Position numbers and translations under genes: made by a program
DNA from: Veleropilina oligotropha
Taxonomy: Eukaryota
Length of the DNA stretch: 64,000 bases
Reading direction: 5' to 3'
NCBI GenBank assembly: GCA_048128005.1
Contig: JBEUKZ010000064.1
Span: 124,001 to 188,000, forward strand
Shown: positions 46,701 through 53,974 of the stretch, in pieces
Layout: each line of letters begins with the position of its first letter
Numbering within the stretch: position 1 is the first letter of the stretch
The notes under the pieces: generated by a model
The model's database searches: none
Told to the model about the DNA's origin: nothing
Seen by the model: only the letters and a program-made list of their open reading frames with translations

Positions 46701-47821
46701 ATGCTAGAACCATGCATCGTCAGAACGTCAAGTCTCAGATCTTTGTCTTCAATGCTAGAACCATGCATCGTCAGAACGTCAAGTCTCAGATCTTTGTCTT
46801 CAATGCTAGAACCATGCATCGTCAGAACGTCAAGTCTCAGATCTTTGTCTTCAATGCTAGAACCATGCATCGTCAGAACGTCAAGTCTCAGATCTTTGTC
46901 TTCAATGCTAGAACCATGCATCGTCAGAACGTCAAGTCTCCTCCGGTTAACAGTCAAACTGACGACATCTCATCATCAGCACAGCCTCTGATTAACATCC
47001 AACTTAACGATATCTCATCGTCTCCTCTGGTTTACATCCAACCTGATGATATCTCATCGTCTCCTCTGGTTTACATCCAACCTGATGATATCTCATCGTC
47101 TCCTCTGGTTTACATCCAACCTGATGATATCTCATTGTCTCCTCTGGTTTACATCCAACCTGATGATATCTCATTTTCTCCTCTGGTTTGCATCCAACCT
47201 GATGATATCTCATCGTCTCCTCTGGTTTACATCCAACCTGATGATATCTCATTGTCTCCTCTGGTTTACATCCAACCTGATGATATCTCATTGTCTCCTC
47301 TGGTTTGCATCCAACCTGATGATATCTCATCGTCTCCTCTGGTTTACATCCAACCTGATGATATCTCAGCCAGGACACATCACTAGCTGTTATGATTATG
47401 TTCATAAAGTTTTGAATCCCATTCTAACGTTAACCAGATGTGATGCGACAAGATAAGCGACCCATTTGTGCATTTTCCACCCATGTTTTTATGGAGCACA
47501 TGTTTGTATTACGTTTTAATAGCGATTCCCATGCCTTTATTTTTGTAGTTGTTTTGTTACCAGTAGCTGCATGATTTTAGTTGATTTTACCCCTAACCAT
47601 CCTTATCTTTACGCATTAAGGCGGCACTGGATGATGCTCGGCGGGCTTACAACGAGCCCAGGGAAGCGTTCCGACAGAAATACCTGGAAGCGGAACGAAT
47701 CCGTCTGGAGGAAATCGCAGCCCAGGAAGTCGCGATGAAGGCGGAGTTGGAAGCCAAGTCTCCGAAGGGCCGCAAGAGCGCCAAGGGAAAGAAGAGCCCG
47801 GTGGGAAAGAAGAAGAAATAA
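1574..47821 (+). CDS. ADGB: Androglobin, 3' portion of a multi-exon gene (5' exons lie upstream of the window)
   Basis: Exons joined by hand keep frame across all GT-AG junctions: 1574-1699, 1934-2063, 3327-3519, 4931-4994, 7003-7134, 12587-12623, 13110-13283, 14852-15008, 15470-15584, 15995-16162, 16736-16877, 17105-17155, 18952-18969, 19873-19909, 20229-20323, 20812-20905, 30485-30619, 34368-34521, 34816-35003, 35326-35531, 36176-36261, 36538-36594, 38381-38492, 38858-39060, 39237-39332, 44651-44898, 45312-45495, 47621-47821. The peptides WVDFDHFSKCFK, FVDNLKPTEIVVSFSALSRW, EPYSWKSL, GRHVLRF, ESCRF, the IQ motif IQKSYRGHRARK and KKDTERADEIRAMKKAWE match androglobin as I recall it. Confidence 0.95.
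1934..2063 (+). CDS. ADGB: ADGB exon (STGKDRRSSK...EDKNK)
   Basis: tttatag acceptor, gtagct donor, phase 0/1. Confidence 0.7.
2762..3236. mobile_element. MITE-like fold-back element with long imperfect inverted arms
   Basis: tttatggtgacaccacagggagaaattca...tacagctgaaaagt mirrored by acttttcagctgtaa...tgaatttctccctgtggtgtcaccataaa. Confidence 0.7.
3327..3519 (+). CDS. ADGB: ADGB exon ending KVWVDFDHFSKCFK (end of calpain-like catalytic domain)
   Basis: tttcag / gtaagg, phase 1/2; the WxDFxxFxxxF motif is typical of the calpain domain end. Confidence 0.9.
3653..4703. mobile_element. Helentron-associated (HINE/DINE-like) non-autonomous element
   Basis: Starts tttttagctcgcc; subterminal inverted copy ggcgagctaaa near 4670-4680 followed by a short hairpin. 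Confidence 0.5.
4931..4994 (+). CDS. ADGB: ADGB exon (TVYIFHKTNTYPCNVKHSDMK)
   Basis: ctacag / gtaatt, phase 2/0. Confidence 0.9.
6186..6848. repeat. 18-bp minisatellite, about 37 copies
   Basis: unit taggcggccgatgtactg, almost invariant. Confidence 0.97.
7003..7134 (+). CDS. ADGB: ADGB exon (NIAPTGTKGDKK...PHSAA); alternative in-frame donor after 7059
   Basis: tttcag acceptor; donors gtaaat (7060) and gtgagt (7135) are both phase 0. Confidence 0.65.
7647..11710. repeat. 4-kb intronic satellite, 25-26-bp unit, roughly 155-160 copies
   Basis: unit catggcKccccattaatggataagaa. Confidence 0.97.
12587..12623 (+). CDS. ADGB: ADGB exon (APGSDDKAPYFL) followed by a U12-type donor
   Basis: aagcag tandem acceptor; donor GTATCCTT; joins the next exon as YFLF-VDNLKP. 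Confidence 0.85.
12624..13109 (+). other. U12-type (minor spliceosome) GT-AG intron
   Basis: 5' site GTATCCTTT at 12624; branch consensus TTCCTTAAC at 13091-13099, followed by 10 nt ending in the AG at 13108-13109. Confidence 0.9.
13110..13283 (+). CDS. ADGB: ADGB exon (VDNLKPTEIVVSFSALSRWHEP...SLLD)
   Basis: ctcag / gtgagt, phase 1/1. Confidence 0.92.
14852..15008 (+). CDS. ADGB: ADGB exon (PGTLIAEPYSWKSLVMGQPILRLRSTATRAAVLSLPAG)
   Basis: tttcag / gtaagg, phase 1/2. Confidence 0.92.
15470..15584 (+). CDS. ADGB: ADGB exon (RHVLRFMMTAPLGYHVHLCSSVQFVFGDEETVMSQLTK)
   Basis: ctgcag / gtgaga, phase 2/0. Confidence 0.93.
15995..16162 (+). CDS. ADGB: ADGB globin exon (E/F helices; predicted E7 Asn and F8 His)
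   Basis: tttcag / gtgaat, phase 0/0; ESCRFVENA...NSHCPY. Confidence 0.93.
16736..16877 (+). CDS. ADGB: ADGB globin exon (G/H helices; VFNQALYRTLKK...DSRP)
   Basis: ttgcag / gtaaca, phase 0/1. Confidence 0.92.
17105..17155 (+). CDS. ADGB: ADGB small exon (TGTTSHRGSAKTSSKK)
   Basis: cttgtag / gtaaat, phase 1/1. Confidence 0.7.
17377..18855 (-). mobile_element. 5'-truncated, degenerate non-LTR (LINE; CR1/L2-like group) retrotransposon
   Basis: RT motifs NYRPVSL, QHGFR, LDFSKAFDKV, GVPQG..LGPLLF, FADD and YLG; frameshifts; (GAA)n 3' tail at 17377-17388. Confidence 0.9.
18952..18969 (+). CDS. ADGB: ADGB 18-nt microexon (AAPTD)
   Basis: long pyrimidine tract and tttcag, gtaagt donor, phase 1/1. 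Confidence 0.65.
19008..19730. repeat. 30-bp minisatellite, about 24 copies
   Basis: unit gatgacaggcagtgcgggctagacatgaYg. Confidence 0.96.
19873..19909 (+). CDS. ADGB: ADGB exon (EQEKPEHPWTNR)
   Basis: ttacag / gtatta, phase 1/2, required for frame continuity. Confidence 0.8.
20229..20323 (+). CDS. ADGB: ADGB IQ-motif exon (DPTADEHVASVKIQKSYRGHRARKIRLTRTP)
   Basis: IQxxxRGxxxRK calmodulin-binding motif; cctcag / gtgagt, phase 2/1. Confidence 0.93.
20812..20905 (+). CDS. ADGB: ADGB exon, permuted globin A/B helices (ALQKAWSAIEPNAEQLGLYLFR)
   Basis: ttgccag / gtaata, phase 1/2; A-helix Trp pattern. Confidence 0.92.
21305..22478. repeat. G-rich 56-bp minisatellite, about 21 copies
   Basis: unit gtgtatacctgtcaggtgggggagggagggggtattagttagggccccgcagggag. 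Confidence 0.96.
22532..22718 (+). repeat. DIRS left ITR core (187 bp)
   Basis: Reverse complement of 30112-30298; no mismatch found by eye. Confidence 0.93.
23279..23606 (-). mobile_element. tRNA-derived CORE-like SINE inserted in the DIRS 5' region
   Basis: Minus strand: box A TGGCTCAGTGG, box B-like GAGTTCGCCCC, CORE-like CTTGGGCAAG...CCACCCAG...AATGGGTACC, 3' GCGCTATATAA and (TTA)n tail. Confidence 0.8.
23899..26149 (+). CDS. DIRS Gag-like ORF, split by one frameshift near 25470-25495 (ORFs 23899-25500 and 25307-26149)
   Basis: ATG start; N-terminal Cys/His finger (CSEPEC...H..C..H..C.....C..C); C-terminal LLRRDACL...LFG block typical of DIRS gag; basic tail. Confidence 0.8.
26043..28223 (+). 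CDS. DIRS reverse transcriptase - RNase H - methyltransferase-like ORF
   Basis: WRPILDL, SIDLTDAYLHVP, LPFGLSSAP and YLDD (RT); YTDAS..GWG, INYLELEA, TDNTT and NVRADSLSR (RNase H); VDLFA...YAFPP (MT-like). Confidence 0.95.
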   Translation: MPDLLGVGLRPGNPARKKALQLNPVRAGEGSRHGPRVAGTRDVLSCALPPVGACLLGYSQTWLELTDSSWVHSVVSAGYKLSFNRHPTLSVTPPPRHARLLQGEKQAVLDQAVRDLLLKRAIYPAPPSTPGFYSHFFLVPKPDGRWRPILDLSHLNRYLRTEKFQQETLSKIRAAIRPGDWAASIDLTDAYLHVPMHASAHQYLRFIHGGTIYQFRCLPFGLSSAPYVFTRVVQALGAFLHSLGHRVHMYLDDWLILGASRDQCLQSMSVTLSSAKRLGLQINNEKSCFVPSTTFTFLGVVFDTVRYTAKPTDKRIVNLRAVIQDTRSSGIATARQLATVLGHIESVAPLLPTGRMDKRPLQQAFRDRWVQRTGQWTDRIDLRHWFNHSTAVWLNPALPSQSVPISPPEPNAFLYTDASNEGWGGHLDSHETSGLWPTDLQGRHINYLELEAVYLTVRSFSSHLRNKHILLATDNTTVVAYVQHQGGTRSRPLCDRAINLHRLVMSLNSTIRARHIPGILNVRADSLSRKSQIIHTEWTLHSRVAREVCRRWSQPQVDLFATEFNHRLPLYVSPYPDPAALAVDALSMTWENLIAYAFPPSSILRLVLQKAARDRCEITLIAPLNRTQSWFPTLLDLIVDRPLALPQRPDLLMQPRSRVLHPSPNELRLHAWRLSNDRLLRKDFLALQPSAFTDREDNLHLKSMTTDGSNMWIGVTGGKLIYSVPL
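26201..29137 (+). CDS. DIRS tyrosine recombinase ORF with a long N-terminal extension overlapping RT in another frame
   Basis: 978-codon open frame; the YR domain from about 28055 has KRVSEI (R), AKNQ (K), AHETRA (HxxR), GYW and KHY (Y). Confidence 0.92.
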   Translation: MPVRLQPDVARVNRQQLGPLSRECWIQVEFQPASNPIRDTTTKTRSPPSGREASGLRPGSAGLTLKKSHLSRAAQHTRILQPFLPGPETRWPLETDPRSLAPQPLFAYREVPARNTLEDTSGHPSGRLGSVYRPDRCVLTRSDACLGSSVPQVYTRGDDLPIQVPTVRSIVSPLRLHAGSTGPRGLPTLARAQSTHVPRRLVDSRGVPGSVPPVYERYPVIGEAPRITDQQREILLRALDDVYVPRSRLRHGPVHREADRQTYCEPTRSYPGHKVIGDSHGATTGHCPGAHRVGSAPATDRTNGQTTVTAGLQGPLGATDGTVDGSYRSSALVQSLDSSVAEPCIAEPVGSHFPARTERLPIHGRFERGLGRSPRQSRDIGPLADGPAGTTHKLSRTRSGLPDSTVLLVTSPQQAHTARHGQHDCRRIRSTPGRHSLASPMRPSNQPTPLSDVPQLDDTSTTHPGNIERPSGLALSEIADYTHRVDTTQPCSSGGLPPVVSTPSRSVCNRVQSPTPSVCLPVPGPGRPCGRRVVNDMGESDRVRLPPVVHITTCTTEGSARPLRDNANSAPKSHAVLVSDSSRSNRRSTACVTAKAGPANATTLTGVTPVAKRTSFTRMAVIERSLVEKGFSRATALRIYRSRRQSTSKVYDYRWVKYVDWCHRREVNILRPPVTKFIEFITSLFERGLSVSAVKGYRASISTTLKQCRSRIDLSSDRTISDLIRSYELERPISLARPPAWNIILILNALLESPFEPLRNASIRNLTYKTVFLIAFASGKRVSEIHSFSAELRDIRFQSDGSVILRPILGFIAKNQRPGDIAPEVVIPTLSIVGRNDIDRLNCPVRALRYYLDRTRDFRRGKKRLFISYLPNFTRDVSKNTISRWICRTVQQIYSNSNEADRNLIAVRAHETRAISTSLAFRHCLNITSLLQAGYWRNPNVFVKHYLRDFSTGADGLSSIQCVAAQHCITRTSRLHTR
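29945..30033 (+). other. DIRS internal complementary region (ICR)
   Basis: 29945-29982 is the reverse complement of the left end 22513-22550; 29983-30033 is the reverse complement of the right end. Confidence 0.93.
30112..30338 (+). repeat. DIRS right ITR plus right-end extension
   Basis: 30112-30298 inverts the left ITR; the region from about 30288 to 30338 is complementary to the second half of the ICR. Confidence 0.93.
30485..30619 (+). CDS. ADGB: ADGB exon (SMFKTDPNLMQRYPFHKDEWNKISYADY...WFIVFR)
   Basis: ttctag / gtaagg, phase 2/2. Confidence 0.92.
32194..33575. mobile_element. Non-autonomous TIR DNA transposon with about 105-bp TIRs and a 7-bp TSD
   Basis: CTGGGAC...GTCCCAG termini; TSD CTATGAC at 32187-32193 and 33576-33582; internal degenerate repeats; no transposase. 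Confidence 0.85.
34368..34521 (+). CDS. ADGB: ADGB exon (EVFFVTEEMLVVPKLY...YKRNK)
   Basis: tttcag / gtgaag, phase 2/0. Confidence 0.92.
34816..35003 (+). CDS. ADGB: ADGB exon (RGYTFVAEA...YYIPNNKNIIFR)
   Basis: ctccag / gtacat, phase 0/2. Confidence 0.92.
35326..35531 (+). CDS. ADGB: ADGB exon (YTVKVHEEHLTSIQV...GKGHAVVP...SSRA)
   Basis: gcccag / gtaagg, phase 2/1. Confidence 0.92.
36176..36261 (+). CDS. ADGB: ADGB exon (NRGKVAGSIQNVKGKRSNSARSADGRTS)
   Basis: ttacag / gtaagt, phase 1/0. Confidence 0.8.
36538..36594 (+). CDS. ADGB: ADGB exon (RGSHQSEAGYSDDLEDNQR)
   Basis: ttttgtag / gtgagc, phase 0/0. Confidence 0.75.
38381..38492 (+). CDS. ADGB: ADGB exon (PHKYVIQATVIQSSWPLSETSWAFV...ELK)
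   Basis: tttcag / gtgagt, phase 0/1. Confidence 0.9.
38858..39060 (+). CDS. ADGB: ADGB exon (TNKERPPSP...KPHWTFRVVSDGTCT)
   Basis: tttcag / gtaagt, phase 1/0. Confidence 0.9.
39237..39332 (+). CDS. ADGB: ADGB exon (DDIDMKKDTERADEIRAMKKAWEDAEPGRAAK)
   Basis: tttaag / gtgaga, phase 0/0; highly conserved ADGB peptide. Confidence 0.95.
39493..40936 (-). repeat. 3' LTR interrupted by a Helitron
   Basis: Differs from the other LTR by about 4 substitutions and one 4-bp indel (counted by eye), plus the insert at 40450-40859. Confidence 0.93.
40450..40859 (+). mobile_element. Non-autonomous Helitron, copy 1 (with an internal tandem duplication)
   Basis: 5' TC, 3' CTAG, subterminal hairpin TACCCG-7nt-CGGGTA, inserted between A and T with no TSD (empty site visible in the other LTR), (GT)n/(GTCT)n microsatellite. 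Confidence 0.9.
40994..41262 (+). mobile_element. Non-autonomous Helitron, copy 2
   Basis: Same TC...CTAG termini, hairpin and A|T site as copy 1; near-identical sequence. Confidence 0.9.
41925..42888 (-). pseudogene. C-terminal half of an F-type (baculovirus F / errantivirus Env-like) envelope glycoprotein, one frameshift
   Basis: Cys-rich ectodomain (C-x7-C..SPMY..C..ALF..C..GIWIV..C..C), N-glycosylation sequons, transmembrane segment TLLIVIVMGCLMY and cytoplasmic tail (ORFs 42277-42897 and 41925-42317). Confidence 0.72.
42887..42904 (-). promoter_or_regulatory. Primer-binding site, tRNA-His type (TGGTGCCGTGACCAGGAT)
   Basis: 10 nt inside the 5' LTR boundary; 16/18 match to the canonical His PBS TGGTGCCGTGACTCGGAT. 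Confidence 0.85.
42915..43944 (-). repeat. 5' LTR (1030 bp)
   Basis: TGTTAC...GTAACA termini; direct repeat of 39493-40936 once the Helitron is removed. Confidence 0.93.
44409..44594 (+). mobile_element. Degenerate tRNA-derived SINE
   Basis: Box A TAGCTCAATTGG, box B GGTTCAAACC, 3' GCTGAAATATTGC...GTAAAAC and (CCTA)n tail. Confidence 0.6.
44651..44898 (+). CDS. ADGB: ADGB exon (AQQSRLKYLNSH...PIDLTPFIR)
   Basis: taatag / gtgagg, phase 0/2. Confidence 0.9.
45312..45495 (+). CDS. ADGB: ADGB coiled-coil exon (RSDGPPRFLDE...CERLQ)
   Basis: ttgcag / gtgggt, phase 2/0. Confidence 0.9.
45909..46046 (+). CDS. ADGB: ADGB candidate alternative terminal exon A (ERLDQSRNAINFAREVYRQKCLSRDLNSDTESVYSIHDSELAFIQ*)
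   Basis: ctgttttag acceptor, phase 0; first 22 aa align without gaps to the distal last exon. Confidence 0.65.
   Translation, partial: ERLDQSRNAINFAREVYRQKCLSRDLNSDTESVYSIHDSELAFIQ
46530..46939. repeat. 51-bp minisatellite, 8 copies
   Basis: unit ctcagatctttgtcttcaatgctagaaccatgcatcgtcagaacgtcaagt. Confidence 0.95.
47009..47367. repeat. 39-bp minisatellite, about 9 copies
   Basis: unit gatatctcatcgtctcctctggtttacatccaacctgat. Confidence 0.95.
47621..47821 (+). CDS. ADGB: ADGB terminal exon B (AALDDARRAYNEPREAFRQKYLEAE...GKKKK*)
   Basis: cattaag acceptor, phase 0, TAA at 47819-47821; basic NLS-like tail; AATAAA at 47861. Confidence 0.92.
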   Translation, partial: AALDDARRAYNEPREAFRQKYLEAERIRLEEIAAQEVAMKAELEAKSPKGRKSAKGKKSPVGKKKK

Positions 47822-50323
47822 GCCCAGACGAACTTAGGAAATCACTGTGATAAATCTGTAAATAAATTATTTATACAGCGCCAAGCAGATGTTATATTCT
47901 TGTGGTTGCATTTTGACGTGCCTTGTTTACATATATCTTGCATGGTCTCTGGCAGCATTGTTGCTCATTTCTTAATACAGTTAACTTTTAACAAGATCAA
48001 ATTATCAATGTAGTAATTCATTCCACGCAAGAGAGAAATACTGAATACATTAATTTTTAGTGTTTAAGATTATTCAATTATCTAACTTCCTTTCAAGATT
48101 GAACTTTCGTGGCATGTAAATCAGACTTCAACACAAAGTTTACAAATGTTAACGCATATTTTGTATCAAATTTTTCATTTAAAGGATTTGTGAACCAAAA
48201 CTCATAATATAGGCGAAATTTCACTATACGACATATTCCTATCATATTATTTGTTGTGTTAGTCTTTCATGAGTGTCCGTGTTTGTTGTAAGCTGACCGG
48301 GCAAAATCATCAATTAGCGCAAGTATAGTCATATTTTCAGGTCAGGGGTCGAATTTGACGTCACAATGGACAGGCCACTCGGAATCTTTTCAATTCGATG
48401 GCAACATCATTGTCCGCAAATTGGTTACTCAACAGGAACAATAGCATTAGGACTAGTGTGTCGTCACCTAATAAGTGTTCGGGAAATTTCGGGGCGACTT
48501 GCTAAGGATCTTTTGTATCCATGTTTTGATAATCTAAATCATGGCGCTACTAATAAGAGAATAAATAAATATACTATAGCATTATATATATCAGCCAGAA
48601 TATATTATGTGGTCACAAATCCTTTAATCCACATTACCTATGCATTCCTCAGACTGAAGCAATCATTGTTATAGCCTAGTATTTTACTGGTAAATTTTAT
48701 TGGCAAGTTCCAAGATGAACTTTTCCTTCTTATTCATTATTAGTATTTTTATATAATTTGTACATTTGTTTATACAATTGGCCGTTTGCAGATTTGTAAA
48801 CAAGCATTACACATAAATATATGCACATATCAGATGTAAATATATTTTTGTATATTATTTTAATAATTAATATTTGGTGTTTTGTTAAATGTTCAACCTT
48901 TTAGATATTGTGGCTTTATATTAATTTTAGATGCATGCACTGGAAATACCTTCCCTAGTAGCGTCCCATTAATGCAGTTTTGGATTGTTTTTTAACATTA
49001 CTGATATATGCCTGTTATTAGTGCACTAATCTCACAAAATTTCACATAATTGCTGTGGTGGTTACATTATATCGTTCTTGCATTTCATTCGGATTGTTTT
49101 ATGAAGATATTTCCAGCAATGATAACAATTTTATTAGAATAGGTAGCCGCTGTTGTGTTGTGGAAATGAAGTGGTTTTTGTTGCCCAATAATTCTTACTT
49201 CTTTACCTCTAATCATGTGGGTGTATTTTCAGTTGGACTTCAAACGAAAATGTAACATAATTTTTTCCAGTTTCCTTTTAAAAAAAGTAGATAGTTCTTG
49301 CTTGTTCAATATTAGCTTGCAAATACGACGTTCCAATCATGATATAACTGTTAAACATTATTTCAGAAAAATACTAATAATAAATTTTCTAAAATTATAT
49401 TGAAATGACATAATTTCTGTTATTAGGATACAAAATGTTTTTGTGAATTTTCTTATATATGTTTTAAATAACACAATACGAAAATGGACTAACTATTGCC
49501 TACTGAAAATACAGCCACTATAACTGTTGTACCCAGTTTCATATCGTAACAACTTATTTACTTCTGTCCATTATCGGGTGCGAGTCCGGTAGCGGTCAAC
49601 CCTTATTGTCCGTCCCGATGTTATGGTACCTCCGTCCTTTTTCTCGACAGATCACATGTCCGTGCCCTTCATTGCCGTCCTTATGTTATGCCTGAGTAAT
49701 GACTAGAGTGCAGCGCACGTCTCTTTGGCATATAACGCGTGGCCTTATCCTGCATACAGGAACCGTAGGATTGTACAGCACCATTGTATATAAAGCACAA
49801 ATAATGCTAGTGTTAGCCTATATTGATTGACTGTTTGTATAAAGTTTGTATATATATACACAAAATGAATTTTGTGTTTTGTTTTATTTATATATCATCA
49901 ATACCACTTGAACTGGGGTGCAATAGATTTATAGGTTACTGGATCAAAATGTTTTACTGCAGAGCCATGGAGCAGCATTATTAAGGTTGTTTAATTTTAT
50001 GAAGATTTGCACACATTGAGGAAATATTCTCAATATGTGTGCAATATCAGCATGATTTTCTATTGTGCGATCAATAAAAAAGAACTTGACGTCAACGTCT
50101 TGTTCACAAGAAATGCTTTGAATTTGCAGCAGTTCAGCAAAATCAGTAAAGTAATAAGAATATATTTTAATTTACAAAATCAATTTATTACAATTCATAA
50201 AAATATATTTACATATTGTGTGTAGTTTGTAGGTAACTCAATACTAGACGATATCTCGTAACAATTCATATCTTTCATACATTTTTATTTATGGAAGATC
50301 GAAATAAAAGTGGCATTCATTAA

Positions 50324-50745
50324 AGAGAATATTGCCCGTAAATGTGCTCTTTTCGTGACTGTGTAGCATGACTGATCACCCTCTATCGCACGGATTGATA
50401 TATGATCAAATGAGACTTTTATTGAAATTATTATTGTAACTGGGCAATATATGATATTGTCAAGTAGAAAGCTATCTTACTTGACGAGCAGAAACCTACG
50501 CAACTGTGCTCCAACTAGGTCAATTGGAAATGCACTCGGTGCGAGGTAATTAAACGCGGACCGCGTTTAATTATTTTTAAATATTCAGTAGTGATTAATT
50601 TAAACGGTAGCAAATTACTGACGAAAGTTGAGTGTTGAAAATTTCTAACTTTTTATGTTATACACAAAAAGTGTATACACAAAAAGTGTAATGCGGTTAG
50701 ATGTCTTTTTAAAAAGAAAGAGCGCATTTACGGGCAATAGTCTCT
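50324..50745. mobile_element. Kolobok-like MITE
   Basis: TTAA on both sides (50320-50323, 50746-50749); AG...CT termini; TIR agagaatattgcccgtaaat / atttacgggcaatagtctct. Confidence 0.75.
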
Positions 50746-51269
50746 TTAACTCGACAACTTTATATAAACATCACAAGTTCATATCATAAGCAGCGATACA
50801 TTGCATAAATTTTACACAAATAAGAAAATTTATCCATTTTGATTTTTCATGAAGTATAAAAGCATATCAAATATGCTGAACCCAACAGCGCTCTACATTA
50901 TAAAAGCATGCATGCATAAACTATCAGCACTTCCTTGGTAACATCCAACATATTTAATAACAAATATATAACTATTTATATATAACTGTATATATATATA
51001 ATTTTTAAAGACATATCCCTTAATACGCCACATTTTAAAATATCAAAATTGAAAAAAAATATGGCATTGACCATTTGCCTTCTGCATAGCACCGCATTGT
51101 ATCGCACGCGGCATTGGAAACACGTATTGATACAATTACATCTTCACGTTTTACAGTAACAAATACTGGCACAATCACACCATCATTCATACAGACAACA
51201 TGCATGAGACATTGGAAACGAGTTGGATTCATGTTACTAGACCCTCAGTCACGAGTAACTGCATATGTA

Positions 51270-52099
51270 TCCCCGGTAATGACCTGTCTACAGCGATCAC
51301 AAGGAATTATGCTTTAAAATCTAAGATGGAGGCCGGACCACACCCAAAATCTATACGTGTTGTGTCCCCACCCAAACCAATGCACATACCAAATTTGAAA
51401 CCATTCCGTTAAGAAATGGCCTATCTAGAGCAATCACGATGAATCTCTCGGCGACCATCTTGGACGTCGGCCGACACCCGAGATCTGTAAGTGTAGCGTC
51501 TTCACCCAAACCAATGCACATACCAAATTTGAAAACATTCCGTTAAGAAATGTCCTGTCTACAGCGATCACAAGCAATTAAGGTGACCGTGGCGGCCATC
51601 TTGAAGGTCAGACCACACCCAAAATCTGTAGGTGTCGTGTCCTTGCCCCAACGAATGCACATACCAAATTTGAAAACATTCCGTTAAGAAATGGCCTGTC
51701 TAGAGCGATCGCAAGGAATTATGCTTAAAATTCAAGATGGAGGCCACAGCGGCCATCTTGGAGGTCGGACCACACCCAAAATGTATGTGCTGTGTCCTCG
51801 CCCCAACCAATGCACATACCAAATTTGAAAACATTCCGTTAAGAAATGGCCTGTCTAGAGCGATCGCAAGGAATTATGCTTAAAATTGAAGATGGAGGCC
51901 ACAGTGGCCATCTTGGAGGGCGAACCACACCCAAATTTATAGATGTCGTGTCCTCGCCCCAACCAATGCACATACCAAATTTGAAAACATTCCGTTAAGA
52001 AACGGCCTGCCTAGAGCGATCTCGAGGGATCTCTCGGCAGACGCGGCGTAACGAACGCTAAACCATAGTATCCCCCGATACTTTAGTTTCGGGGGATAC
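51270..52099. mobile_element. HINE-like element with an internal tandem array (units of roughly 140-155 bp)
   Basis: Five copies of ccaatgcacataccaaatttgaaaacattccgttaagaaatgg; terminal hairpin atcccccga...tcgggggat. Confidence 0.65.
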
Positions 52100-52572
52100 A
52101 ACAAGAGCAAAAGCTCGAAATGGCTCCCATGCGTCAATCACTTGTATTTCATGAGTATTAAGAGCAAATTTCGCAAATTTGTGTTTCGCAAATTTCGTGT
52201 TCCTAGGTCAAATAGTAGGGGAGATATGGAGCGAAGGGAATTTTGGACCAAGTGTGAAAAGTAGGTCACAGTGACCTACTTTCATTACGCGGCACACCTT
52301 TGGATTATGACGTATAGACACATCAAGTTTCGTGTCCCTCGATCAAATAGCATGGTAGATATTGAGCGGAAGGGAATTTTGGACCAAGTGTGAAAAGTAC
52401 GACGCGGTGACCTACTTTCGGTACGAGACACATCGTTGGGTTATGATGCAAGCACACATCAAGTTTCTTGTCCCTAGGCGAAATAGTATCGGAGATATGG
52501 AGCGGAAGAGAATTTGCAACAGACAAGCGGACTCCTATATGTCCCCCTAAACTACGTTTGTGGGGGCATAAT
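52100..52572. mobile_element. Adjacent HINE-like element
   Basis: aacaagagc start, internal repeats, terminal hairpin atgtccccc...gggggcat. Confidence 0.55.
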
Positions 52573-53691
52573 GACAATGAAATAGTGATATCTGACAAAG
52601 AACGATGCAAAAATATGCCTATTGTTGCACATACAGCATGCTTGAGAAACTTTAACCAAAAACATAAACGAAAATTTCTAAGTTCAAAATTGACATTTAA
52701 TAGTAAAATTTAAATTACCGTAAATTACCTTCAATATTATTTATTTGGGACCAGGTAACAATGAAACAGTGATATATAACATTTGTTAATGTTAAAACAT
52801 GCATATTGTTGCTTATATAGCATGATTGAGAACCTTTAACCAAAAACTTTTACAGGAGAACCAATTGTTGACGACGGACGGAAGAACGGCTCATTGCATA
52901 GACTCGCATTTGCGTTGCATGCGAGCCAAAAGGCACTGCATTTGTCTTATGAGTTCATTTCTCAGCAGGATGACATTATTCGACCAAATTACGTATACTT
53001 TAAATATTTGTATAAGTAATGTTGGCTGTAACGATTTAATGAAGATGAGAAATGATAAATGAATTACACATGAATACACCGGATATACATATGTAAGTTT
53101 ATCGCCAACAGACACAATGACTACTGTATATACTACAGAATTGTTCGAAAATATCACAGCTTTCAATATTAATTATTACAACAATAAGGCAACAACAAGC
53201 AGCACACATCAACTGCAGCAACTATTGAGATATGCCGACAAAACATGGGAAAGGTGATGACAAATTATTGCATTTCTTACTACTTTTTACCATTTTTCAA
53301 TCACAACCACCACCCCGGATGAACATGTCTGTCTGACACGTTATGTCTTCAGTGCCCAGACTGTATTCTTAATCAAGGTCAAGAATTGATTAATTTGGCG
53401 TCAACAATTGTTTATGATCAGACGATAACTGATATTTTGGGTATTTATTGTCTCAGCACCAACATTATAGAAAATGAAATTGCCAGACATAATCAAGTTG
53501 TGGTCAGTGCTACTACTTCTTGAATAAATATCCAAAATAAATGCCCCTACTTGCAACATAGTTACATTCTATTATTATGACCCTGTTTCACAATGACCTT
53601 TAAACAATCGCATGCCTTCACATTAATAAAATCACACCTTCATAAAGATCACATCAATGGGCATACAAACAAATAAATAAATAAAGTGGTT

Positions 53692-53803
53692 TTATCTGGC
53701 AAGGTTTGTGTAACGGGGATCGTAATTTGGCCAGAAGTCTTTGTAATTCTTTGATGCATTTGTACCGAATACATCTAACAGATGTCTGTTTATCCCACTA
53801 AAT
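53692..53803 (-). CDS. TMEM135: TMEM135 last coding exon (FSGINRHLLDVFGTNASKNYKDFWPNYDPRYTNLAR*)
   Basis: Minus-strand ctttcag acceptor, joins the previous exon in frame; resembles TMEM135 NRKVLDVFGTGASK...DPRYT as I recall it. Upstream exons were not found in the window. Confidence 0.87.
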
Positions 53804-53974
53804 CTGAAAGAAAAAGATACAGCATAGCTCATAGTAGCTGCATATATTCGCCATGGGAAATTTTGAGCCAAGTATTCAATTCTATTCTTGAGATATCAAA
53901 AACCCAAAATATAAATTTTACCCAATTAAATGAACACGGACATTATGGATTTTGACAATGCAGAGGGATCATGC

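Noticed and set aside
46463..47456. Several repeat-peptide ORFs up to 301 aa
   Set aside because: They derive from 51-bp and 39-bp tandem repeats whose unit lengths are multiples of three
49555..49780. GC-richer island downstream of ADGB as a possible ncRNA
   Set aside because: No recognisable RNA family motif, promoter boxes or clear structure by eye
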